A stretch of 64,000 bases of DNA from an uncultured Clostridia bacterium (lineage in GTDB: Bacteria > Bacillota > Clostridia > Christensenellales > UBA1242): the NCBI GenBank assembly GCA_934746515.1, contig CAKVFH010000001.1, forward strand, positions 36,142-100,141, read 5' to 3'. Each line of letters begins with the position of its first letter. Positions within the stretch are counted from its first letter, which is position 1. Below, piece by piece: positions 21,001 to 24,779 of the stretch. Below the pieces are notes generated by a model. That model was given only the letters and a program-made list of their open reading frames with translations. It was not told the origin of the DNA and made no database searches. The position numbers and the translations under genes are program-made.

Positions 21001-22374
21001 GGTTCAATTTATGGTAAATCTAACTTAAGATTCACAATGCTCAATACAAATCAAATTCTTGATTTTGTTGCAAGTGCATCTAAAGTTGCATATCTCACAA
21101 GCAATATCGAAAACTTAACAATTGACACCACTGGAACATTTAGAAGAATTAACAAAGATTCATTCATTGTTGCATTCCTTGTTGATGAAAATGAAACAAT
21201 CATTTCAGTTGCTCCAAACTTCATTTATGTAAACACCAGCGACTATGTTTACAAACTTATCTACATTTCAGACTTGATGTTCCTTGACAATAAGGTTGAC
21301 AATTCTCTCGTTATTGCCGACGGAAAACTTATTTACTCAAACATCAATTCAAACATGATGATAAAGGGTAACATTGATGCTGATAATGGTATGGATATTC
21401 AAAAGAATAATCCAATCTATTATGCAGTTATTCCAGCTCAAATCTTTGAAAAAATTGCAAATGAAGTGTTCTATGAACTTTCAAGCACAAATCAAATTTT
21501 GAAAGAATTTATTCTTGCAAATGAAGGCTCAACAATTCATGTTCTAAAGACAAATACAGATTCGGTTAACTTTGCAATCGACTATGCTAGCTTCGAAGAA
21601 AATGTTTATTACATTGTTCCATTCTACAGCAACAATCCAGTGCTTGGAAGCGCAACATACTTCCACTTTGGATTAAACTTCTTGAAACTCGATTTGTCAG
21701 ACTCAACACTCACAAGAAAAACATCTGTCGGATTCTTCAGCAACAAGTTGAGATTCAAATATTCATCAGTTGGAACTGGTCTTTATAATGATACATTTAC
21801 CATTTCTATTGATGTTGATGATCTTGATAACAAATTATTTAATTATTCATCAAATCAATTCGAATCAAACAGCTTAAGCTTCATTTCACTCACAGTTAAT
21901 GAAATTCAAAGTTTTGCTAACATTTATTCGAAATCTAATTCAACAGAGTTATATCAGTTCTCATATAACGATGTAACATATTATCTTAAAGATTTCAACA
22001 TTGAACAAGCAATTGAATATGTATTATACGCACTCAAATATCCAAATTCAGCACAAACTAGAAACTTGCTCACAACTATCACAAATGCTGCTGAAATCAT
22101 TGATGAAAAGAAAGTTATTTCAGGCGAGTTGTTCAGCAAAACCGTTAAGGAATATGATGTTGAATCAATTGGGCTTCTTGAAGAAAACAGCTTAAATGTA
22201 AACAATTCAGTTGGTAACAATGGTTATATTATCGGACTTGTTATTGATAACTTAAATAACAAGACTATCCACAAAGTTACAACAAACTTTGTAAGATATG
22301 AAGTTAGAGAAAATAACAGAATCGTTACTTCGCTATCAACTATTTTAAATATCATAGATTCAGTTAATAGCTAG
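1..22374 (+). CDS. Giant secreted/surface repeat protein, 5'-partial (continues left of window); 7,457 codons in window; Listeria-Bacteroides (Flg_new / InlB B-repeat)-like modules
   Basis: Frame 1 is uninterrupted from nt 1 to the TAG at 22372-22374, in AT-rich DNA. The 12 codons upstream of the track's TTG(37) are also open (EISYFKYSSKVI), so the real start lies outside the window. The translation contains 26 GY-x-[FW]-x-G[WY] motifs. Each is preceded by a (L/F)YA-x-W-x-A-x-x-Y-x-[VLI] strand, the signature I associate with Flg_new-type repeats. No LPXTG and no C-terminal hydrophobic segment were seen. Confidence 0.9.
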   Translation, partial: EISYFKYSSKVILSKKNANVFGNNLYSIDISSSTLANDIAAIVGTTDFVYSLVGEGDNQVLIISYHRDHLIKLFAHWTAKTYTYRFYFAYATDDDENEVNSISYSSNSGKYNNYQIDKFVDITVSYAETRTLLTFEDFASLIASKGVTVTVPEHYKAYAWFRWYNNYDNLSESTDSNPDYALNSEDWYIDRGYYNSISKNSNWYDPTFANDDLSVLASGTCFSDVSYMAISGLTQEDYESFYYDEVTRTVKNNSFKYTSDLISSDKFISAGTSITKHFVGDETFFIYYIKDIYYSSFYDSDANTVTVYDENKVDKGHYYVTETTPVSNYPQQIVVAGAKYVFESVETALFYAYYINGTNYVTYNYKSGKVYTGRITSLLLKENNFLIHDLEADLVYEGLTYTFVKNDETTRFYYYKSGESYLTYDIVNKKLYSGNDILTQISSYQLSAFPQYIDYVDGNRYTYNRIDESLKFAYYTSGSNTITFDYDLRVTYNGTHTTKQTSNYVFLTTTDQKYHLQNRLYAEDFDWTFDPFTAISENTRVASWYNIIGWWVKIDQTYSYVINDQTYHVDDEHIDTSYFNNYDSSSGYYYHEFTYSYSKSDGTLDYAHSRFYYYTGDDGIVHFRFTHAFTDIYVYAVYQMVEYDVNLEINAPVGSTYFHQVAIKNTTISKENFVLSADDYKKAITDEFNVIYTYYYSDLENGYIYYKCGNKFLNYCIAEEKLYHGVIDESANIVSDEINDKTIIYGNQINYYGSYDSNNAYDTLTRIDNPFAYNEYIGASDYNDLVTKGEYTLNRNGLVAYTPKLFVYTDRADARFFFNDFVYNRSVTAYQSYDTNNVYLVEDFDDAVVQDNANNVTKTNYALTQIQDNNLIAYLALNQGYRLLENNISVRNGSNHSVISGEIKNRTERSYVDETNGPSRVIYYEYIANGKVIYTYTEEEYYNAATQILSYKYIISFPAISQDYDMSWNVTSLTYDSLDYSTSEENSSSQGYVQKGTDVEDTLDDQVQLTKKTAGQFYGNTQFITFYPAMNTKNNFFDQYAYELDYVDSYLSRIDLSSTNGRYTTLADNALVSTFFTLEYYLDTATQYQIDFRNFIVKDASGNIVNPVDLVANPTYKILIDKLHANHGTTFADFEPGNEYNYNVEKAFILEFNGLEYYLYLCHYTYGTHDYYTYILWADTCVKNSGLKVSTTFTDIKHNTTFSSSIVNGSNDLYKSDASVGTTITNTSKAGVASYSDSMDQANIYPSDINSYVIRPHNGYVINTITITYGNGLAKINLRRDENGNVTGIDSYLYAGKYTYKYTYTNEGYIDFNGNTGERQDYPTATEYDSDNDRYINQISTWMYLFHDYDFISYDYNEATGYVTLLIYGIYGDCSIVATAESYVSFRLEANELTDFYAKDAATYIENNYSDRVYKNYIHKPTTVDEFNNYLTFGFEYYIGLDEDDNDTYINGWSNETLDNTGKFAYSKNQMSSFVFGKYMDGETPVYYLELIYIGKAKIFDAGVTFRTVNYNYTYRITDFMVANFENTQNSGNIFTTNTTSNTDLKVGDSTLVDETASAGKSSYKSIFINDVRKLFKSSAIDNTNYGGYTMARFFVQPMRNNDEDTIGTLVHIDSYLYTKGNNDDRQARLDPLADNSWFNGHTLSRIRLDYYQANRDENLTQVTYKEFEGRTTEYFYGNSYDIYYTEIEGYTLYKFNYLGTDYFFDYDGNFYTYTNAVDKQDGYIRTKVVNGETKTTLPDSIRVSYSRAAGSTYGVFKFTIIADSNTFRTNFIKFYSKQKSLGITYKFNKHESTSPAKISGREYLTNGSIESNERTQSLFFNEVTLLSANNYSMVGYTFMGYSSENDWSNFSHWSRVDNWAIGADTDIFNMDTNLIGRAFYSYNFYIEAIQSFSSEPTFVSHETIVTIDGENTNPYDYNFYNVLKDQIHDSLYFYNNVKLYSVWKANKYNIVFDMNDYSNVNPLNTTVSKGSTEAQFNVLNTNNVQMSILNTDHYDDPFYFINDATYQQANENYENGYTDGYYYDSTKTRISMVVTFDSNDWYLVYNGKTYNLEDILIDRYGYSWYGWFVSTDGKLDSNFARFFNTDGKLNWTSVIASNRVIESRTLASKDTVDDSNRLKFDYDWICKTTFVEPTFDTSYEYRKNNTDRVDTLHRLDIEYLKLDESYNDVDFEYTRNYFRNTEFAGTSEYSDVYYNHNVYGKFKLYAGWQANTYTLAYDYGTYGIDTGKTNKTENNDLMHNEVVVSGKSILASAKQLRGTTSPLQSNSGDYNTLIFDVEYNPQYVTRIGYTFMGWRLGLTSVNSVSGFAIDNSDNSAVTIDEKVSIASKGSKICINYNSIIIDDGSETTGVTTNCYLYRDMSNVAGSSETLGAFETLGDSESDCNSTLNHYVGMYAMWKTNIYTVKLDVNASANDTTTSNYFLTNSLERQPLASGIIPVNIYVIFDTNVWYYETTSSGMDLTDVILEKFGYFFLGWYTDAEAKEGRNILSQDTINSAHYTDFLMTGTDYNYTNSYNTYPDRIDDFDVYIQNSARTTAVKRLASAPQMRVLDYALFNQFVFRTYGETSTNSNLYTFESRLKTAYSKVNGYTITNDDKMFTSNITDEYSLASRKGNWVEIRNYNESTKTETTTFEITIYAKWQGIVYEISFNGTSFEDDSGIGTTKAQYITEKNGQTYNSDSANCSIYVMFDRNLYTSSYNEIWQVESDYYAQIADNANDIEAITKGLHLNEIINIDRYGYTWTGWYTRGYEYLPDQTFNEVSIKHATNGTKSESIPSETGDTRVPTYTVEQNDGTNYYVGKMLETDNVYMETDGFNHRYYSSLIVDGHDYSQKTYRSSYSTNYVPITNYNKANYGTAAYTKFSFPIYSDLQTFETNKEDKTFTFTLYAGWEANTYQVYYESNSDSSYDNNWLDGVNTHGLPYVSGAKLRSEYSNLAIGSSPAYKITAYNGTPYSATLLFDGDYENGDNEGYVECTAWQRFGYTFIGYSMGHGTATDTSSAHFYATVDSGAKSTLVKLDYYAVAFGTNNYASSGRNDYNYSSVSCLNSDAYLYGTYDIASKDLSDTTKRDYEELGDKYETSLISTSTNNYSNFLNDGKKTYTYAVVLNAFYRANVYNVGFDSNDCTDGRGSTYAFFKDTDGLDATGNPYPAELKHTYIEENCDRNGAISVTFDTADWSFNAENGGFAMSDIRADRFGYTWMGWYTRSTCFNIDGNIDDVWKAYYYYLIMTGNSAGESDKIMEKFDYSLFLTYFVDESAVTEGRNYSQETHNDKMNITWNESENSFIVSGDAIIEKYHEHLITIFAGWQANTYNLTYYYSDVDSIKNYDNNLSNPFTGATYSYRTSSPIETLSRYEAGNLQTTDDLTRQFFRTEMIFDKEYSPEFLTRIGYTFKGWRFGLNSSTANYNGTFIENQRAKNGTFASGEKIILDNNSIVNVLIDSSGIKYECYLYTDTIYSDIDIGNDNYFRLGNIEELGDTDTEFNFKISNDGECTGLNFSVTKHTAQLFAMWENNVYTVEFNVNRDFNYTNDQTGYLQEDSTIANYLHRLAYLATPTTIGANRQIKTNSTLQQLGNDDKLYNIGTDVTSLLSIDLSLNRIYSTKLISSLLTDLDGENKYAEKLDSEGFLFSREDFDNISLDFGDFNYNGNYTSGDKNGQKYSYVAYVTFDTNDWWFETIDGSTIEETLYFMILEKLGYYFKGWYVNDDCNDNQMLIRYYEGEGDQNQILGFFNISGAMDNYTYREDTTADNKWYMYTNPTTKAVTSDPDYSYFYNERISTFSYLPRINYKFYLQFDKEIKARDQAEDFTYGKTTEGTWSENRKTGTYGFTLFAKWTNKVYTVEDFDGNMGKGSTNPKFFIDNTQSYTIYGGACYAFGTYTEANHSLSWAEAGIEIKILFDSDNFFAVYKNGDQEIIINEYINNIMVDRYGYTWTGWSSNLDLIDRTQVIDGHQPNEKWTYSNDYDYDDETKKACDAVHFGYDILRYAQTKSESERKLTLYATWIANTYALTFDFRDSVSSETSKTGSSDAMFGDNTLTKYRNIVFDMNYDVKKYMFTVKRNGYTFVGWRFGIIDEETNSIIYGDRIDSGNIFCLNNDRIMNGDNVLLFTRDFTGGFENALLYQETYGDMEGLNHPTNIAGEGMVHFVYVFAEWSAIEYTIEFYGNRLYGSTTPIFNTSGEFNNDYCDIRLYVKFDSNNYYLKNEDGTIIDNSIFNVLVDRYGYTWTGWYYIYGNYKNDIIYSDTTKNRDSYFHFNDEYMIIPGTSMRDENTSPKTFTNDIFSTLFGSRSHESDLTEDFTTIRLYAGWEANTYSIIYNTADAGSDLQYYNDAYSHSNLGKSQKSNKSVGSTKINLEQSLTQMSGKNIATITFDDSNNTSFFQLIRSGYIFRGWSLYRNDTTSGSYDANDSSFALMQSNYQKPSQVTDHLLLNKTYATDEYENNKDTSCTTTNAFLYYFLEDSDEYVYETLGDNETERERVVVYYACWEARTYLVSFNVNNSYTKIMDDPNEKARQIQSSTTPGPIKNKNDNVTYNVFVTFDTSDWFGVPVDGGDKTSSIISLLYVEKLGYSWLGWYTTPTLNCDTDDGSYISSKVYDALTGETGETLLTLDANTFYNVAQYSSEYDGYIANNGYNATEKQCYHSGTITLFAGWQQNTYQVEVISRDSNTVGSTGAINWSIGSTPAFFRDNATGLYNETYYNGEDKPLYLLNVYFDSNEFYITKLIDGEYVQINKTVADGTERYNLYYLLLDRYGYRWNGFYYDLEGLAQNQIVPGHTSVGLSDSPNSYISSGAIAMFTNRTYQVASRYYSDIETDKKFYIFASWVANEYSLIYDYRDASENSVNGNLGSTNASIITTDFTQKILFDNTRTTLGSQLYYYQVKASRIGYDFLGWNLNTAMFNDASYNGNYPATYSVVDNFGNVNDDFFLRMNNDFMSYDNKMMLYSQYSSDSTNSVETLGDTENEHYIALIAVWVAREYKLILNGNDSSENNGSTSVEYKNPDNENLENIHVVFDTNNYMLKDSSGSIVDNQYINKVKFDRFGYSLLGWTYNKVYARNLNTSSPNYLYDLANMLINNLANDSYIANNVNETEKTITVYACWKANEYTINFNYNAPTTGNLTPNYSLSNIDSFSSRNVASIIGSTLSTSHSETIKVTFDETIRIPNISRNGYDFLGYALDGDLSIARIFTPGSNNTPIILNDETYHNGSNSFIYDNDSPETLGEKTLNGSVYSINVHALWSPIKYSVKINANTSTGSSLAYIFDINTGIYLVTPAIADLAYFIEFDTNIWSKDISYSNNDLTELIFGRVGYSWSGLYPTIDCTLSERMMNVEGEIATRTLDSSLFDDLGENINLRTKIITIYAGWNAKTYNVNINHNLSNLGNTYNDETSKVSFLTNGTASATYNKTISITFDSANWLNLLGRDSDTIMDRYGFDWNYLYSTSYSAIGSEITSSTTLNLSLLSNILYDKLLENVNQIDILNDFDNETEFEVFARWNAHIYTVQFNYNDARYNGSGYTNATTTKGGTETEIAQEFKVQLGQTLAVPDMFRVGYKFKGWIIGDKDGRILTSITEEEYETFRIDDNGTFNYDYLNLIASRLSNMIPLYFKNSDSADFTNEVLGDEDKSATERKIYVFALYSSVEFKIRFELNDSAVNNGSTKAFFENEGVYNYDTCTATCTIKFASNNWVGVDDVKIARFGYDWTGWYCSSTTNDSNFVVFKDNKPMLDYLLYTKLQFEIGEDEEDIYIVLYAGWKAKNYTVVYDVSYTSPEAGGTNISNDLTQFSTLPTITQTFTFDSNVPVYKLSKIGFDFIGWSFDPAKYTYSIDTGKSTRESNLSIIYLNNVEENFGIIKFGNMSYFENNLTNYTYDSIVDNSGTSLISYQNDNEFIYCLYNDEACTVRESYADGSSTHFVKLYAVWAPKTYQITLKFNDAQDSNNGSTDAYISKDLWSYSLLNFENYTEQVRNGNSDWKWFITIDKPFGKLTLSEAQIDRYGYTFMGWYLFDGADGLFVSPKQETASVLTIDKLVEYINYLESQGLTASESELVLTAHWQVNTYEICYATNPIGGSTTVYQVNEIQQGNSQTKYFYNSTMQQTIDFDSRADFSFIRLGYDFNGYSFVNYSKWEGETLNYKNGASNIMLNKTNIISSSTNRCYLYSEPTRSDKLDEDVEFEAYGDNEANHYIVIYVFWTAIEYDITVAMNNSGLYNFNQVDSGYKVRLNQNIIDMPKNSTVLNNGIFSQPNYITFAVKFDSRISSAVYRNITINYMTLMATGYTYTGLNTNPDKSLGEDLNLSLEGNILNEDLFYKLFIYSYSTGDDGSLNEYKTELGLSFELNEEDLTITRNDDIYSQKTFSLYAQYEINKYTISIQDLDSSDYGKGLYKLINSKEYDNSITDLSEGKVENLNVEFFSNEYAIMLPSSGGKYVSKIYLSYTTDFDATQRILSFTLSLDQTTHILTFEGNKTDYEALNYVFNGLELICGEYSNNVFNINDDTISTTINYADFVGGYSYLALKFTNIKTNIKIACEYSTQQYEVNIKKVVINDITDPTDPTGVATVFVDYGQYTLSDIMTLYTDQEYETSPVWFYNEAVAGNEIPTGDYTKYITHALVLVARYNLSDSFESKSVKFYTWNDGASSYKLYDSGKDYIFQGISVSVNILDNSTTINHYGAMKTLNGSNYSWTWADSPKSNFSFKFNASDSDWLDSGGIPQTNKYSSIYAARLKSIPQLNFAYGETFAVGYICLNAEQLLSKINSVLSENEKYTYSTILNVFEENIYWSVLDIVDDVAQIKFMGDSSSKLYGKIIQAPILTTETEIQSNVYAIQAYSDVSFSITEDARQFFTTTEDTLNVEVKNFQDTISYFEPNSDVIKYYNKNELRYVVLNESEFNAYNYYRSLGLSIETALSKVIENFNITSAKIQSSIDISSGYVFFYFNKMPDYDVHSIVAVCENFIKKNASAIEFYPTSNRFSFTEISISSSTNTVDNKEEISIIINKNLMNTDYETGSTKDTNGSIYGKSNLRFTMLNTNQILDFVASASKVAYLTSNIENLTIDTTGTFRRINKDSFIVAFLVDENETIISVAPNFIYVNTSDYVYKLIYISDLMFLDNKVDNSLVIADGKLIYSNINSNMMIKGNIDADNGMDIQKNNPIYYAVIPAQIFEKIANEVFYELSSTNQILKEFILANEGSTIHVLKTNTDSVNFAIDYASFEENVYYIVPFYSNNPVLGSATYFHFGLNFLKLDLSDSTLTRKTSVGFFSNKLRFKYSSVGTGLYNDTFTISIDVDDLDNKLFNYSSNQFESNSLSFISLTVNEIQSFANIYSKSNSTELYQFSYNDVTYYLKDFNIEQAIEYVLYALKYPNSAQTRNLLTTITNAAEIIDEKKVISGELFSKTVKEYDVESIGLLEENSLNVNNSVGNNGYIIGLVIDNLNNKTIHKVTTNFVRYEVRENNRIVTSLSTILNIIDSVNS
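1001..1482 (+). repeat. Three tandem ~60-aa Tyr-rich modules in ORF1 (starts ~1001, 1189, 1369); a fourth diverged copy at ~2056..2175
   Basis: The translated segments are AGAKYVFESVETALFYAYYINGTNYVTYNYKSGKVYTG, EGLTYTFVKNDETTRFYYYKSGESYLTYDIVNKKLYSG and DGNRYTYNRIDESLKFAYYTSGSNTITFDYDLRVTYNG. The later copy is DEFNVIYTYYYSDLENGYIYYKCGNKFLNYCIAEEKLYHG. They share the pattern x-Y-x-[FY]-x(7,8)-F-[YA]-Y-Y-x-x-G-x(4)-[TN]-[YF]-x(5,6)-[KR]-[VL]-[YT]-x-G. Confidence 0.6.
5335..8679 (+). repeat. ORF1 super-repeat unit 1 (modules 1-5, subtype order A-B-A-B-B)
   Basis: Motifs: MVGYTFMGY (A), DRYGYSWYGW (B), RIGYTFMGW (A), EKFGYFFLGW (B), DRYGYTWTGW (B). Boundaries are approximate and were set at the YA-x-W-x-A-x-Y strand preceding the first A module. 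Confidence 0.5.
8680..12009 (+). repeat. ORF1 super-repeat unit 2 (modules 6-10, A-B-A-B-B)
   Basis: Motifs: RFGYTFIGY (A), DRFGYTWMGW (B), RIGYTFKGW (A), EKLGYYFKGW (B), DRYGYTWTGW (B). The unit starts at FTLYAGWEANTYQVYY. Confidence 0.5.
12010..14469 (+). repeat. ORF1 super-repeat unit 3 (modules 11-15, A-B-A-B-B)
   Basis: Motifs: RNGYTFVGW (A), DRYGYTWTGW (B), RSGYIFRGW (A), EKLGYSWLGW (B), DRYGYRWNGF (B). The unit starts at LTLYATWIANTYALTF. Confidence 0.5.
14470..16474 (+). repeat. ORF1 super-repeat unit 4 (modules 16-20, A-B-A-B-B)
   Basis: Motifs: RIGYDFLGW (A), DRFGYSLLGW (B), RNGYDFLGY (A), GRVGYSWSGL (B), DRYGFDWNYL (B). The unit starts at FYIFASWVANEYSLIY. Confidence 0.5.
16475..19080 (+). 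repeat. ORF1 super-repeat unit 5 (modules 21-26, A-B-A-B-A-B; pattern breaks down)
   Basis: Motifs: RVGYKFKGW (A), ARFGYDWTGW (B), KIGFDFIGW (A), DRYGYTFMGW (B), RLGYDFNGY (A), ATGYTYTGL (B-like, degenerate). The unit starts at FEVFARWNAHIYTVQF. Confidence 0.45.
20743..22302 (+). repeat. At least four copies of a distinct C-terminal module in ORF1, ending G-Y-[VI]-x(12-20)-N-F-[IVL]
   Basis: Copies: SSGYVFFYFNKMPDYDVHSIVAVCENFIKKN (~20743-20835), NKDSFIVAFLVDENETIISVAPNFIYVN (~21148-21234), EENVYYIVPFYSNNPVLGSATYFHFGLNFLKLD (~21595-21693) and NNGYIIGLVIDNLNNKTIHKVTTNFVRYE (~22216-22302). Each is preceded by a more helical-looking, less Tyr-rich stretch. Confidence 0.4.
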
Positions 22375-22402
22375 CATGAATGAGTTTGTTTAAACTAAAG
22401 TA

Positions 22403-22440
22403 AAAATAGGGAAAGATTTATTCTTTCTCTATTTTTATTT
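22403..22440 (+). terminator. Intrinsic terminator downstream of giant ORF1
   Basis: The hairpin AATAGGGAAAGA-tttat-TCTTTCTCTATT has ~12 bp with one G-T pair. It is followed by TTTTATTT and begins ~30 nt after the TAG stop. Confidence 0.7.
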
Positions 22441-22479
22441 GCTATGAAAAATTTTTATAAATTTGTCAATTATTAAGTT

Positions 22480-24699
22480 ATGAGTTATTTGAGTGGGTTA
22501 GAAGAAGAATTAAACAAAAAACTATTTTGCGAGCCAGCAATTGACGACGGCTCTAATGATGACACTTCGAAATTTGAAGAAAATAGAACAGAGTTAGTAG
22601 ACAAACAGAGTAGTAAATTTGATGAAATTAAGCAAAATTCAAGACCAAGCATTTTGGAAAGCTGTCTTTTTCAGTGTAGCGAAAAAACCAAGAATTGTTT
22701 TTATTTTGAAAACCTGACAGATGACGAATTTTTCAGTGTTAGCGGTGCAAATGATCAGTTTGTGAGTTTTTATAAAACAATAACAAAATCTGGCGTTGGA
22801 AGCGTGATTTTAGGCGGAGTATATTTGGCATATAGACAAAAAATGCCAAACAATGTTGCTAGAATTACACTTGATGAAACAATCATGGATAAATATAAAC
22901 AAATCACGAAAAACGCCCATACAACAAATTGCAAAATATACTTAAAAGTAAAGTCTTGCTATGGACGATTTAATTCATTTAATCAGTACTCTCAAAGCCT
23001 AAAATTAGCGTCAAATTATGGCCTAGATCCATCAAATAAACAAAGACTTTTAATCAGAATAAGTGATAATAAATGCAACGAAATAATAAATGATTTGGCT
23101 CGAACTGTAATGCTTTCAAATATCGCAGGATTTGATGGAATAATGATTGATGCAACATTTGATAATATCATGGGGGAATTGTCATCACAAGAATTTAATA
23201 AACGAGTGTTTGGATATTTCTCTGATACAAACGATTTTTTAAAGAAAGCATTGATAAATATTGATGCTAAAAACAATAGGATTATTTTAAAGTTAAGTGT
23301 TTTATCATTGTTTTCTTATGAAAAAGAAAACGCAAATCTTTGCAAAATTTCTCGAAATTTTGATGAAAATAAGCTATTTAAAAACATAAAAGAATATATC
23401 AGTCTCGGAGTTGATGCTTTTGAATTTGAATTTGGCACGCCAAATAATGAATTTTTTAAACACTTTAACAGCTTTGAAGGAGATCTATTATTTAAAGGTT
23501 TTTACTCAAAACTTCGAAAAAAATTTGAAGAAGAAAATATTTTAAACAAATTTGGCGAACCTGTTGATTTTTTCTATCATGACAAGTTCACAGAGTTAAA
23601 AGAAGTTGAAAAAATGATAAAAACAAACATAGTTCAATTTGTTGATATAACAAGAAATTTGCTGTCTGATAACAATTATCTCAAAAATATAATAAATAAT
23701 AAAATTGCGCTAAATTGTATAAATTGCTCAAATTGTGATAAAAAAGCACAATTTAACCATAAAATTGAATGTTTAATAAATCCTAGTTTAAATGATAAAA
23801 TCAAATTCTGCAGTGAAAATAAAAATAAAAATGTTGCAATTATTGGCTCTGGTATTTCAGGACTAATATGCGCAATCACATTAGCTGAAAGGGGATTCAA
23901 TGTCCATTTGTTTGAACAAAAAGATGAGTTAAACCCAAACGGAAAAGCAACATGTATTTATGGATTTGATAAAACTCTTTTAAATTATTACAATCAAATT
24001 GAATCAAGAATAAACGAGCTTGCGAGCAATAAAATGATTGTAATTCACTTAAACACAAAATTCGATTATATCAAAGAAAATGAAAGAGAGTTTTATTCAA
24101 TCATTGTTGCCACTGGCTATAAAACAAAATTTCTATCAATATCTGGTGCTGTTCTTCCACATGTTCAAAATATTTATGATGTTTTGAAAAAAGAAAGCGC
24201 TTTTAAAAATAGAAAAAATATTGTCATTTATGCGAAGTCTTTACTTTCTTTAAAACTTGCATTATATCTTTCAACAAAGCAAAAGGTGACTGTTATTATA
24301 AAAAGTTTGGATGGTTTTAAAAATGAGAAAAACGCAAATCTTTTCTATTTTTTCTGGAATTTATATAAAAACAATGCTAATATCCATTTTTTATCAAGAA
24401 TTACAAAAATCAATGAAGACAATCTCGACTTGATTATTAATAAAAATTTCAATCCAAAAAGTATTAACACATTACTAAAACTGATGTCTAACGAAAAAAT
24501 ATCTTCTAGTCAAGTTCAAATAAACATTGACTGTGACTATTTAATTTATGAGCCAGATCTTATGCCAAATAATAGTCTATATGCCAGTGTTGTGAAACAA
24601 AATTATCCGGGTGAAGTTTATTTGATTGGCAACGCTCTTGAAAATTCAGATTTAGAAGACACAATCAAGTCTGGGTATTTTGTTGGCAAAAATTTGTAA
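22480..24699 (+). CDS. Divergent 2,4-dienoyl-CoA reductase (FadH)/NADH:flavin oxidoreductase-family protein (OYE-like barrel + 4-Cys cluster motif + FAD/NAD Rossmann domain)
   Basis: 739-aa ORF. It has the Cys motif CINCSNC-x11-CLINP, followed ~25 aa later by VAIIGSGISGLICAITLAERGFNVHLFE (GxGxxG + acidic end). The segment GFDGIMIDATFDNIM...RIILKLSVLSLF aligns by eye with the G[YF]DG[VI]E...RLS region of FadH/OYE enzymes. There is no Shine-Dalgarno sequence before the ATG. Confidence 0.6.
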   Translation: MSYLSGLEEELNKKLFCEPAIDDGSNDDTSKFEENRTELVDKQSSKFDEIKQNSRPSILESCLFQCSEKTKNCFYFENLTDDEFFSVSGANDQFVSFYKTITKSGVGSVILGGVYLAYRQKMPNNVARITLDETIMDKYKQITKNAHTTNCKIYLKVKSCYGRFNSFNQYSQSLKLASNYGLDPSNKQRLLIRISDNKCNEIINDLARTVMLSNIAGFDGIMIDATFDNIMGELSSQEFNKRVFGYFSDTNDFLKKALINIDAKNNRIILKLSVLSLFSYEKENANLCKISRNFDENKLFKNIKEYISLGVDAFEFEFGTPNNEFFKHFNSFEGDLLFKGFYSKLRKKFEEENILNKFGEPVDFFYHDKFTELKEVEKMIKTNIVQFVDITRNLLSDNNYLKNIINNKIALNCINCSNCDKKAQFNHKIECLINPSLNDKIKFCSENKNKNVAIIGSGISGLICAITLAERGFNVHLFEQKDELNPNGKATCIYGFDKTLLNYYNQIESRINELASNKMIVIHLNTKFDYIKENEREFYSIIVATGYKTKFLSISGAVLPHVQNIYDVLKKESAFKNRKNIVIYAKSLLSLKLALYLSTKQKVTVIIKSLDGFKNEKNANLFYFFWNLYKNNANIHFLSRITKINEDNLDLIINKNFNPKSINTLLKLMSNEKISSSQVQINIDCDYLIYEPDLMPNNSLYASVVKQNYPGEVYLIGNALENSDLEDTIKSGYFVGKNL

Positions 24700-24703
24700 A
24701 TGC

Positions 24704-24732
24704 TTGACAGAATTTTTAATGTAATATATAAT
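24704..24732 (+). promoter_or_regulatory. Consensus sigma-A (sigma-70) promoter for the cysS leader
   Basis: TTGACA (24704-24709), a 17-nt spacer, then TATAAT (24727-24732). Both hexamers match the consensus perfectly. Confidence 0.7.
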
Positions 24733-24755
24733 TTTCATATAAAGGAAATAAGTTT

Positions 24756-24779
24756 ATGAAAAAATGTTGTTGTAACTGA
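24756..24779 (+). CDS. Candidate leader peptide MKKCCCN (three consecutive Cys codons) upstream of cysS
   Basis: The ORF reads ATG AAA AAA TGT TGT TGT AAC TGA. An AAAGGA Shine-Dalgarno sequence lies 9 nt upstream (24741-24746). The ORF sits between the consensus promoter and an intrinsic terminator, directly in front of cysS. Confidence 0.5.
   Translation: MKKCCCN

Noticed and set aside
979-22220. About 45 short ORFs (60-183 aa) inside ORF1 in other frames or on the opposite strand, e.g. 11117..11668, 8291..8743, 3359..3760, 17552..17935
   Set aside because: All are nested in a continuous 22-kb frame with clear protein-repeat structure. Their translations are Met/Leu/Ile/Gln/Thr/Lys-rich frame-shift shadows with no motifs.
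22441-22479. A promoter for the FadH-like gene
   Set aside because: TTGCTA (22439-22444) and TATAAA (22456-22461) are only 11 nt apart. Other hexamer pairs are poor, so no call was made. The gene also lacks an SD, and its expression signals remain unclear.
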